Position numbers and translations under genes: made by a program. Shown here piece after piece: positions 34,745-46,738 of a stretch of DNA of 64,000 bases. The notes beneath the pieces were generated by a model. It saw only the letters and a program-made list of their open reading frames with translations, was not told the origin of the DNA and searched no databases. The DNA lies in assembly GCF_030144855.1 (NCBI RefSeq), contig NC_082714.1:132432001-132496000 (forward strand), in the 5' to 3' direction. This stretch comes from Hypanus sabinus. Its lineage: Eukaryota. Every line of letters starts with the position of its first letter. Within the stretch, counting starts at the first letter, position 1.

Positions 34745-37700
34745 ATTTATTTACGGTAGTTAAAGATACAATACAATAAGCCAGCATTGCCCAATTACAC
34801 CCGATGAGCCTGCAGTACCAAATTACACCCGATGAGTCTGCAGTACCCAATTACACTCGATGAGCCCCCAGTGCCCAATTACACCCGATGAGTCCCTAGT
34901 GCCCAATTACACCCGATGAGTCCACAGGGCCCAATTACACCCGATGAGACCCCAGTGCCCAATTACACCCGATGAGTCTGCAGTACCCAATTACACCCGA
35001 TGAGTCCACAGGGCCCAATTACACCCGATGAGTCCACAGTACCCAATTACACCCGATGAGTCCACAGGGCCCAATTACACGCGATGAGTCCACAGGGCCC
35101 AATTACACCCGATGAGTCCACAGGGCCCAATTACACCCGATGAGTCCACAGGGCCCAATTACACCCAATGAGTCCACAGTACCCAATTACACCCGATGAG
35201 TCCACAGGGCCCAATTACACCCGATGAGACCACAGGGCCCAATTACACCCGATGAGCCCCCAGTGCCCAATTACACCCGATGAGTCCACAGGGCCCAATT
35301 ACACCCGATGAGCCCCCAGTGCCCAATTACACCCGATGAGCCCACAGGGCCCAATTACACTCGATGAGTCCAAAGGGCCCAATTACACCCGATGAGTCCA
35401 CAGTGCCCAATTACACCCAATGAGTCCACAGTGCCCAATTACACCCGATGAGCCCCCAGTGCCCAATTACACCCAATGAGCCCACAGGGCCCAATTACAC
35501 TCGATGAGTCCACAGGGCCCAATTACACCCGATGAGTCCACAGGGCCCAATTACACCCAATGAGTCCCCAGGGCCCAATTACACCAGATGAGTCCACAGG
35601 GCCCAATTACACCCGATGAGCCCCCAGTGCCCAATTACACCCGATGAGTCCACAGGGCCCAATTACACCCGATGAGCCCCCAGTGCCCAATTACACCCGA
35701 TGAGCCCACAGGGCCCAATTACACTCGATGAGTCCAAAGGGCACAATTACACCCGATGAGTCCACAGTGCCCAATTACACCCAATGAGTCCACAGTGCCC
35801 AATTACACCCGATGAGCCCCCAGTGCCCAATTACACCCAATGAGCCCACAGGGCCCAATTACACTCGATGAGTCCACAGGGCCCAATTACACCCGATGAC
35901 CCCACAGTGCCCAATTACACCCAATGAGTCCCCAGGGCCCAATTACACCCGATGAGTCCACAGGGCCCAATTACACCCGATGAGCCCCCAGGGCCCAATT
36001 ACACCCGATGAGCCCCCAGTGCCCAATTACACCCGATGAGACCCCAGGGCCCAATTACACCCGATGAGTCCACAGGGCCCAATTACACCCGATGAGCCCC
36101 CAGTGCCCAATTACACCCGATGAGACCCCAGGGCCCAATTACACCCGATGAGTCCACAGGGCCCAATTACACCCGATGAGCCCCCAGTGCCCAATTACAC
36201 CCGATGAGCCTGCAGTGCCCAATTACACCCGATGAGCCCCAAGTGCCCAATTACACCCGATGAGTCCACAGGGCCCAATTACACCCGATGAGCCCCCAGT
36301 GCCCAATTACACCCGATGAGTCCCCAGGGCCCAATTACACCTGATGAGTCCCCAGGGCCCAATTACACCCGATGAGTCCCCAGTGCCCAATTACACCCGA
36401 TGAGTCCACAGTACCCAATTACTCCCGATGAGCCAACAGGGCCCAATTACACCGGATGAGCCCTCAGTGCCCAATTACATCCAATGAGTCCCCAGTGCCC
36501 AATTACACCCGATGAGCCTGCAGTGCCCAATTACACCTGATGTGCCCCCAGTGCCCAATTACACCCGATGAGTCCACAGGGCCCAATTACACCCGATGAG
36601 CCCCCAGGGCCCAATTACACCCGATGAGTCCACAGGGCCCAATTACACCCGATGAGCCCCCAGGGCCCAATTACACCCGATGAGTCCACAGGGCCCAATT
36701 ACACCCGATGAGTCCACAGGACCCAATTACACCCGATGAGTCCACAGGGCCCAATTACACCCGATGAGCCCCCAGTGCCCAATTACACCCGATGAGTCCC
36801 CAGGGCCCAATTACACCCGATGAGTCCCCAGTGCCCAATTACACCCGATGAGTCCACAGTACCCAATTACTCCCGATGAGCCCACAGGGCCCAATTACAC
36901 CGGATGAGCCCGCAGTGCCCAATTACATCCAATGAGTCCCCAGTGCCCAATTACATCCGATGAGTCCCCAGGGCCCAATTACACCCGATGAGCCCCCAGT
37001 GCCCAATTACACCCGATGAGTCCACAGGGCCCAATTACACCCGATGAGTCCACAGGGCACAATTACACCCGATGAGCCCCCAGTGCCCAATTACACCCGA
37101 TGAGCCCACAGTGCCCAATTACGCCCAATGAGTCCACAGGGGTAATTACACCCAATGAGTCCACAGGGCCCAATTACACCCGATGAGTCTCCAGTGCCCA
37201 ATTACACCCGATGAGCCCCCAGTGCCCAATTACACCCGATGAGTCCACAGGGCCCAATTACACCCGATGAGTCCACAGTGCCCAATTACACCCGATGAGC
37301 CCCCAGTGCCCAATTACACCCGATGAGTCCACAGGGCCCAATTACACCCGATGAGTCCACAGTGCCCAATTACACCCAATGAGTCCACAGTACCCAATTA
37401 CACCCGATGAGTCTCCAGTGCCCAATTACACCCATGTGACCAATTACACCCGATGAGTCCACAGGGCCCAATTACACCCGATGAGCCCCCAGTGCCCAAT
37501 TACACCCGATGAGTCCACAGGGCCCAATTACACCCGATGAGTCCACAGGGCCCAATTACACTCAATGAGTCCACAGGGCACAATTACACCCGATGCGTCT
37601 CCAGTGCCCAATTACACCCGATGAGCCCCCAGTGCCCAATTACACCCGATGAGTCCACAGGGCCCAATTACACCCGATGAGTCCCCAGGGCCCAATTTCA

Positions 37701-40700
37701 CCCGCTGAGCCCCCAGTGCCCAATTACACCCGATGAGCCCCCAGTGCCCAATTACACCCGATGAGTCCACAGGGCACAATTACACCCGATGAGCCCCCAG
37801 TGCCCAATTACACCCGATGAGTCCACAGGGCCCAATTACACCCGATGAGCCCCCAGTGCCCAATTACACCCGATGAGTCCACAGGGCCCAATTACACCCA
37901 ATGAGTCCACAGGGCCCAATTACACCCGATGAGTCCACAGTGCCCAATTACACCCGATGAGCCCCCAGTGCCCAATTTCACCCGATCAGTCCCCAGTGCC
38001 CAATTACACCCAATGAGCCCCCAGTGCCCAATTACACCCGATGAGTCCACAGGGCCCAATTACACCCGATGAGCCCCCAGTGCCCAATTACACCCGATGA
38101 GTCCCCAGGGCCCAATTACACCCGATGATTCCACAGGGCCCAATTACACCCGATGAGCCCCCAGTGCCCAATTACACCCGATGAGTCCACAGGGCCCAAT
38201 TACACCCGATGAGTCCCCAGGGCCCAATTACACCCGATGAGTCCACAGGGCCCAATTACACCCGATGAGCCCCCAGTGCCCAATTACACCCAATGAGTCC
38301 CCAGGGCCCAATTACACCCAATGAGTCCACAGTGCCCAATTACACCTGATGAGCCCCCAGTGCCCAATTACACCCGATGAGTCCACAGTGCCCAATTACA
38401 CTCAATGAGTCCACAGTGCCCAATTACACCCGATGAGTCTCCAGTGCCCAATTACACCCGATGAGCCCCCAGTGCCCAATTACACCCGATGAGCCCCCAG
38501 TGCCCAATTACACCCGATGAGTCCACAGGGCCTAATTACACCCGATGAGCCCCCAGTGCCCAATTACACCCGATGAGTCCACAGGGCCCAATTACACCCG
38601 ATGAGTCCACAGGGCCCAATTACACCCGAAGAGCCCCCAGTGCCCAATTACACCCGATGAGTCCACAGGGCCCAATTACACCCAATGAGTCCACAGGGCC
38701 CAATTACACCCGATGAGTCCACAGTGCCCAATTACACCCGATGAGCCCCCAGTGCCCAATTTCACCCGATGAGTCCCCAGTGCCCAATTACACCCAATGA
38801 GCCCCCAGTGCCCAATTACACCCGATGAGTCCACAGGGCCCAATTACACCTGATGAGTCCCCAGGGCCCAATTACACCCGATGAGTCCACAGGGCCCAAT
38901 TACACCCGATGAGTCCACAGGGCCCAATTACACCCGATGAGCCCCCAGTGCCCAATTACACCCGATGAGTCCACAGGGCCCAATTACACCTGATGAGTCC
39001 CCAGGGCCCAATTACACCCGATGAGTCCACAGGGCCCAATTACACCCGATGAGTCCCCAGGGCCCAATTACACCCGATGAGTCCACAGGGCCCAATTACA
39101 CCCGATGAGCTCCCAGTGCCCAATTACACCCAATGAGTCCCCAGGGCCCAATTACACCCAATGAGTCCACAGTGCCCAATTACACCCGATGAGCCCCCAG
39201 TGCCCAATTACACCCGATGAGTTCACAGTGCCCAATTACCCCCAAATGAGTCCACAGGGCCGAATTACACCCGATGAGTCTCCAGTGCCCAATTACACCC
39301 GATGAGTCCACAGGGCCCAATTACACCCGAATAGTCCCCAGTGCCCAATTACACCCGGTGAGCCCCCAGTGCCCAATTACACCCGATGAGTCCCCAGGGC
39401 CCAATTACACCCGATGAGTCCACAGGGCCCAATTACACCCAATGAGTCCATAGGGCCCAATTACACCCGATGAGTCCACAGTGCCCAATTACACCCGATG
39501 AGCCCCCAGTGCCCAATTACACCCGATGAGTCCACAGGGCCCAATTACACCCAATGAGTCCACAGCGCCCAATTACACCCGATGAGTCCACAGTGCCCAA
39601 TTACACCTGATGAGCCCCCAGTGCCCAATTACACCCGATGAGTCCACAGGGCCCAATTACACCCAATGAGTCCACAGGGCCCAATTACACCCGATGAGTC
39701 CACAGGGCCCAATTACACCCGATGAGTCCACAGGGCCCAATTACACCCAATGAGCCCCCAGTGCCCAATTACACCCAATGAGTCCCCAGTGCCCAATTAC
39801 ACCCGATGAGTCCACAGTGCCCAATTACACCCGATGAGCCCACAGGGCCCAATTACACCCGATGAGTCCACAGTACCCAATTACACCCGATGAGTCCACC
39901 GGGCCCAATTACACCTGATGAGTCCACAGTGCCCAATTGCACCCGATGAGCCCCCAGTGCCCCATTACACCCGATGAGTCCACAGGGCCCAATTACACCC
40001 GATGAGTCTCCAGTGCCCAATTACACCCGATGAGCCCCCAGTGCCCAATTACACCTGATGAGCCCCCAGTGCCCAATTACACCCGATGAGTCTCCGGTGC
40101 CCAATTACACCCAATGAGTCCACAGTACCCAATTACAGCCAATGAGTCCACAGTGCCCAATTGCACCCGATGAGCCCAAAGTGCCCCATTACACCCGATG
40201 AGTCCACAGTGCCCAAATACACCCGATGTGTCTCCAGTGCCCAATTACACCCGATGAGTCCACAGTGCCCAATTACACCCGATGAGTCCACAGTGCCCAA
40301 TTGCACCCGATGAGCCCCCAGTGCCCCATTACACCCGATGAGTCCACAGTGCCCAATTGCACCCGATGAGCTCCCAGTGCCCAATTACACCCGATGAGTC
40401 CACAGGGCCCAATTACACCCGATGAGTCCACAGGGCCCAATTACACCTGATGAGTCTCCAGTGCCCAATTACACCCGATGAGTCCACAGGGCCCAATTAC
40501 ACCTGGTGAGCCCCCAGTGCCCAATTACACCCGATGAGCCCCCAGTGCCCTATTACACCCGATGAGCTCCCAGTGCCCAATTACACCCGATGAGTCCACA
40601 GGGACTAATTACACCCGATGAGTCCCCAGTGCCCAATTACACCCGATGAGTCCACAGTGCCCAATTACACCCGATGAGCCCACAGGGCCCAATTACACCC

Positions 40701-41390
40701 GATGAGTCCACAGTACCCAATTACACCCAATGAGTCCACAGGGCCCAATTACACCCGATGAGTCCACAGTGCCCAATTGCACCCGATGAGCCCCCAGTGC
40801 CCCATTACACCCGATGAGTCCACAGGGCCCAATTACACCCGATGAGTCCACAGGGCCCAATTACACCCGATGAGTCCACAGTGCCCAATTGCACCCGATG
40901 AGCTCCCAGTGCCCAATTACACCCGATGAGTCCACAGGGCCCAATTACACCCGATGAGTCTCCAGTGCCCAATTACACCCGATGAGTCCACAGGCCCCAA
41001 TTACACCCGATGAGCCCCCAGTGCCCAATTACACCCGATGAGCCCCCAGTGCCCAATTACACCCGATGAGCCCCCAGTGCCCAATTACACCCGATGAGTC
41101 CACAGGGCCCAATTGCACCCGATGAGCCCCCAGTGCCCCATTACACCCGATGAGTCCACAGGGCCCAATTACACCCGATGAGTCCACAGGGCCCAATTAC
41201 ACCCGATGAGTCCACAGGGCCCAATTACACCCATGTGACCAATTAACCTACTGACCCGTACATCTTTGGGAAGTGGAGGAAACCAGAATACCAGGAGGAA
41301 TCCTATGCTTACAAACTCCTTACAGACAGCAGTGGAATTGAATTTGGGTCACTGTGGCTGTTACATTACACTAACTGCTGTGCTACCATG
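34745..41390 (-). mobile_element. tRNA-derived SINE whose internal 28-bp segment is amplified into the minisatellite
   Basis: The array runs directly into CCCATGTGACCAATTAACCTACTGACCCGTACATCTTTGG..GGAAACC..ACAAACTCCTTACAGACAGC..GGAATTGAA..GCTACCATG, a reversed SINE head with A/B-box remnants. An AT-rich tail lies left of the array. Confidence 0.85.
34789..41232. repeat. 28-bp minisatellite, about 230 copies
   Basis: Unit GCCCAATTACACCCGATGAG(T/C)CC(A/C)CAG(G/T). The 28-bp period is confirmed by register recurrence every 420 bp. Confidence 0.98.
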
Positions 41391-41559
41391 ATGAAGGTTA
41401 AAATGAGCTTTCCTTCCTTACAGTTATCAAGTCATATAGCCAAAGAGGGGCTTGGGGTTTAACATTTCATCTGAAAAATGTTGTATCTGACAATGATACA
41501 ACAGTATTTCAGTGTCATATTTAATTAACAGCCTTATGTAATAACAGAACAGACAAAAA

Positions 41560-42700
41560 AATTGTCAATGGACAGTGTTTACTTGATTTTCAAAAACACA
41601 TTGACAAGTGCCACTCATAAAGCTGCTTAACAAGATAAGAGCCAATGGTATCACAAAAATGATACTAACATGGGTAGAAGATTGGCTGGCTTGCAGGGGG
41701 AAAGAGTGGGAACCTCGTCTAGTTGGCTGCTGGTGACTAGTGGTGTTCCATAGGTGCTGGTATTGCAACCACTTCTTTTTATGTTGTTTGTCTATGATTT
41801 GGATGGCGGAATTGATAACTTCTTGGATGGGTTGGTGGACAATCTGAAGATAGGTGGAGGGGCAGGTAGTACTGAGGAAGCAGGGAGTCTGCAGAATGAC
41901 AGATTGGGTGAATGGGCAAAGAAACGGCGGATGGAATACAGTGTAGGGAAGTGTATAGTCATGCACTTTAGTAGAAGGAATAAAGGCATAAACTATTTTC
42001 AAAATGCGAAGAAAATTCAAAAATCAGTGGTGCAAAGGGACTCAGGGGTCCTCAGGCAGGATTCCCTAAAGGTTAACTGACAGGTTCTGTGGGTGGTAAG
42101 AAAGGGATATACAATTCTAGCATTCGCTGCGAGAGGATTAGAATATAAGAGCAAGGGTGTAATGCCGAGGCTTTGTAATGCATAGATCACTTGAAGTATT
42201 GTGAGCAGTTCTGGGTCCTTTATCTAAGGAAAGATTTTCTATAGAGATGGCATTAGAGAGGGCCCAAAGGAGGTTCACAAAAATTATACCAGGAATGAAA
42301 GGTTTAACATATGAGGAGCACTTGATGGCTCTGGACATGGACTGGCTGGAGTTTAGAGGAATAAGGGAAGGATCTTGTTGAAATCTATCAAATATTGAAA
42401 GGCCTATATAGAGTGGATGTGGGGAGGACCAGAGGGCACAGCCTGAGAATAGAAGGACATTTGTTTAGAACAGAGATGAGGAGGAATTTCCTTAGCTAGA
42501 GTGTAGGGAATCTGTTGAACTCATTGCCACAGATGGCTGTGCAGACCTAGTCATTAAGTATATTTAAAGCGGAGATTAATAGGTTCTGGTTAGTCTGGGT
42601 TATTAAAGTTTATAGGCAGAAGTCAAGAGAATGAGGTTGAGAAGGATAATGGGTTAGCCATGATGGAATGGTGGAGCTCTTTTGTCTTATGGGCTTAAGG
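41560..42700 (+). mobile_element. CR1 LINE RT and 3' end, decayed
   Basis: YLIFK..DKCHS; PLLF..VYDLD.GI..DNLKIGG; QRDSGV; same family as 11220-12250. Confidence 0.88.
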
Positions 42701-42714
42701 TCTCACATCACCAA

Positions 42715-43995
42715 CCATTTGGGTTCAATTCTGTGCATGTGAGTTTACGTTTTCTCTCTGTGACTGGTGGGCTACCAGTTCACTGGTCTCTATCCACATC
42801 CTAATGATACACAGGCTGATCACTGTAAGTTGTCTTCAATATATTGACAAATGGTAGAATCAGTGGGCAATTGATAGGAATGTAGGGAGATTAGATTAAT
42901 GGGAGAAATTAATATATGATTTGAATTTTCTGACTGGGAGACCTCAGTCAGTCCAGATCAGAAGCAGCATCTCCAACACCATCACACTGAGCAAGGGGGC
43001 TCCCCAGGGCTGTGTGCTCAGTCCACTGCTGTTCACTCTGCTGACCCACGACTGTGCTGCAACACACAGCTCGAATCACATCAGCAAGTTCGCCGATGAC
43101 ACGACTGTGGTGGGTCTCATCAGCAAGAACGACGAGTCAGTTTACAGAGAGGAGGTGCAGCGGCTAACGGACTGGTACAGAGCCAACAACCTGTCTCTGA
43201 ATGTGAACAAAACAAAAGAGATGGTTGTTGACTTCAGGAGGGCACGGAGCGACCACTCTCCAGCAGTGTCTCTACTTTCTGCGAAGGCTGAGGAAAGTCC
43301 ATCTTCCACCGCCCCCCCCCCCCCCCCATCCTCATCACATTCTACAGGGGTTGTATTGAGAGCATCCTGAGCAGCTGCATCACTGCCTGGTTCAGAAATT
43401 GCACCATCTCAGATGGCAAGACCCTGCAGCGGATAGTGAGGTCAGCTGAGAAGATCATCAGGATCTCTCTTCCCGCCATTACAGACGTTTACACCACATG
43501 CTGCATCCGCAAAGCAAACTGCATTTTGAAGGACCCCACGCACCCCTCATACAAACTCTTCTCCCTCCTGCCATCTGGGAAAAGGCACCGAAACATTCAG
43601 GCTCTCACGACCAGACTATGTAACCAGTTTCTTCCCCCAAGCCATCAGACTCCTCAATACCCAGAGCCTGGACTGACACCAACTTACTGCCCTCTACTGT
43701 GCCTATTGTCTTGTTTATTATTTATTGTAATGCCTGCACTGTTTTGTGTACTTTATGCAGTCCTGGGTAGGTCTGTAGTCTAGTGTAGTTTTTTGTGTCG
43801 TGTTACGTAGTTCAGAGTAGTTTTTGTATTGTTTCATGTAGCACCCTGGTCCTGAAAAACGTTGTTTAATTTTTACTATGTACTGTACCAGCAGTTATGG
43901 TCGAAATGACAATAAAAAGCGACTTGACTTGACTTGATTGCTCTGACGAGCTGGCATTGGCTCAAGGGGCCGAGTGGCCTTCCTCTTCATCATAA
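42715..43995 (+). mobile_element. tRNA-SINE remnant interrupted by the Rex1 insertion
   Basis: GGGTTCAATTC head at ~42721; the tail GGGCCGAGTGGCCT resumes after 43937. Confidence 0.55.
42917..43936 (+). mobile_element. Rex1/Babar LINE, 5'-truncated with internal deletion
   Basis: [60 protein letters not shown]; AATAAA and (GACTT)n tail. Confidence 0.93.
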
Positions 43996-44019
43996 TTAAA
44001 TATTGTATAAGGAACATGG

Positions 44020-45675
44020 TGGAAATCCGAATCAGATTTAATATCATCAGCATATGTTGTGAAATTTGTTAACTTTACAACAGCAGTACAATGAAATACA
44101 TGATAAATAAATATAAAGAAAGAGTTACTTTAAGTATATATATGGTCTATTAAATGGTTAAGTAGTTCAAAAACAAATAAAAAAGTAGTGAGGTAGTGTT
44201 CATGGGTTCAACATAGATTTAGAAAACGGATGGCAGAGGGGAAGAAACTGTTCCTGAATCACTGAGTGTGTGCCTTTGGGCTTCTGTACATCCTTCCTGA
44301 TGGTAACAGCGTGAAGAGGGCATCTCCTGTGGTGGGGCTCCTTAATGATGGATGCCACTTTCCGAAGGCACTCTCCGTGAAGGTGCCTTTGATACCATCA
44401 AGGCTGGTACCCATGATTGAGTTCACTAATTTTACAAGTTCCTGCAAGTTATTTTGATCCTGGGCAGTAGCCACCCTCCCCCACCCCCATACCAGAGAGA
44501 TGCAGCTATTCAGAATGCTCTTCAAGGTATATTTGTAGAAGTTTTTGAAGGTTTTAGTTGACAAACCAGATCTCCTCAAACTCTAATGAGATAGAGCTGC
44601 TGTCTTGCCATCTCTATAGCTGCATCAGTATGGTGCATCTGGGTTAGGTCCTCAGAGATATTGACATCCGGTCACTTGAATTTGCTCACCCTCTCCGTTT
44701 CTGATCCTTCTATGAAGATTGGCTTGTCTTCCCTCACCTTATGCTTCCTGATGTCAACACTCAGTTCTTTAGTCTTGCTGACGTGAGGGCAAGGCTGTTG
44801 CTTCGACACCACTCAACTAGCTGGTATTTCTTAGTTCTGTATGCCCCTTCGCCATCATCTGGAATTCTGCCAACAATGGTTGTATCATCAACAAATTTAT
44901 AGATGCTGTTTGAGCTACGTCTCACCACACAGACATGGATGTGGAGAGATTAGATCAGTGGGCCAAACACATATCCCTGTGGAGCGCCAGTGTTAATTAT
45001 CATTGAGGTGGGAATGTTATTTCCAATCGTCACAGATTATGATCTTCTGGTTAGGATATCAAGGATCCTGTTGCAGAGAGACCTAGGTTTTGTAACTTTT
45101 CAATCAGGACATTAGGAATGATGAGTTATAGTCAATAAACAACATCCTAACATAGATATTTGCATTGCCCAGGTGAGGAGAACCACTGAGATCGCGTTTG
45201 CTGTAGACCTATTTTGGTGACTGGCAAATAGGAATGGGTCCAGGTCCTTCCCAAGACAGGTGTTGATGCTAGCCATGGCCAACCTCTTGAAGTATTTAAT
45301 CACCTTAGATGTGAGTGCTACAGGACAATAGTCGTTGAGGCAGCTTGCACTGCTCTCCTTGGGGACTGGTATAATTATTGCCCTTTTGAAGCAGGCGGGA
45401 ACTTCCGACTGTTGCAGTCAGAGATTGAAATACTCCTGCCAGTTGGTTAGCACAGGCTGTCAGAGCCATACCCGGCACTCCATTGGGCCTGGCTGCCTTG
45501 TGAGGGTTCACCCCCTTGAAAGACAGGCTGACATCAGCCTCCGAGCCAGAGATCACAGGGTCATCGGATGCTGCAGGGATTCTCTTAGCTGTGGTTTTAT
45601 TCTTCCTTTCAAAGCGAGCATAAAAAGCATTGAGCTCGTCTGGCATAAAGCATCGTTGCCACTCATGATGCTGAA
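44020..45675 (-). mobile_element. Rex1/Babar LINE, decayed
   Basis: PDELNAFYARFE..KAARPNGVPG..CANQLAGVF; LDPFLFA..NRSTANAI; FTLLPSGR. Confidence 0.9.
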
Positions 45676-45679
45676 TATA

Positions 45680-45919
45680 CAAGCGGTGATTGATATGTTT
45701 GTGGCCTAAGGTAGAAGGAGTCAATTTTAGAAAACCCAGCACATTTATTTTTCAACATAGTCCCCTGCTACATTTACACACTTAGTCCAGCCGCCGTGGA
45801 GCATACAGATCTTGGATCTCCAGAAATTGTCCACAGCAGGGGTGATTGTGATTGTGCAGAAAGTTTGAAGTTAATAATCTCCTTCTACCTTAGGCCACGA
45901 ACTTATCAATCACCCCTCG
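45680..45919. mobile_element. Mariner-type MITE, 240 bp, ~41-bp TIRs, TA TSD
   Basis: TA|CAAGCGGTGATTGATATGTTTGTGGCCTAAGGTAGAAGGAG ... CTCCTTCTACCTTAGGCCACGAACTTATCAATCACCCCTCG|TA. Confidence 0.92.
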
Positions 45920-46163
45920 TACAACAATCAAGCAATATCTGTAAAGGGAGAAAGAGAATAACATCCTTAAGTATGTTTCCGAGCCTGAAGATTGGTGGGT
46001 GAGAGGTAGTACCATGGAACTGTGTGAAACCATGGGTTATTACAGTCAGAAATGTACCTACTTAACAAAGCAGTTGAGGGAGGAACAGAATCAATACAAA
46101 AGTAATCAATGTTCACTCCCACTTCTTTCCCCATTGAATGCAGAAAGTAGAATTGTTAACTTA

Positions 46164-46738
46164 CACTCAGTGGCCACCTTATTAGGTACCTCTTGTACTT
46201 AATAAAATGGCTACTGAGTGCCTGTTCATGGTCTTCTGTTGCTGTAGCCCATTCACTTCAAGGGTTCAACATGGGTATTCAGAGATGCTCTCTCTTGCAT
46301 ACAAGTGTTGCAATGCATGTTTATCTGAGTTACTGTCACCTTCCTGTCAGTCCAGAAATTGGTCATTCTCTTCTGACCTCTCTCATTTACAAGGCTTTTT
46401 TTTTGTTCACAGAACTGTCACTCAATGGAATTTCTTTTGTATTTTTGCACAATTCTCTATAATTTCTAATAGCAGTAGTGCTTGAAAATCCCATGAGATC
46501 AGCAGTTTCTGAGATACTCAAAGCACCCTTTCTGGCACCAACATTCTGGCATCATTCCACAGTCAAAGCCACTTAGATCACATTTCTTCCCCATTCTGGT
46601 GTTTAGTTTGAACAACTGTATCACTTGACCATGTCTGCATTCTTTTGTGCATTGAGTTGCTGCCACATGATTGGCTGATTGCATATCTGCATTAACGAGC
46701 GGGGGTACAGGTGTACCTTATAAAATGGGCACTGAGTG
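46164..46738 (-). mobile_element. Non-autonomous Tc1 derivative
   Basis: TA|CACTCAGTGGCCAC... and ...GGGCACTGAGTG|CA termini; the minus strand retains the Tc1 transposase start MGKKCDLSGFDCGM. Confidence 0.88.

Noticed and set aside
40133-40384. Repetitive 83-aa ORF in the array
   Set aside because: The 28-bp period is not a multiple of 3 and stops recur every few units. This ORF arises by chance loss of TAA.
34789-41232. CRISPR-like array (constant 20 nt plus variable 8 nt)
   Set aside because: The variable part consists of point variants of one sequence, not unique spacers. There are no cas genes, the context is eukaryotic, and the unit derives from a SINE.
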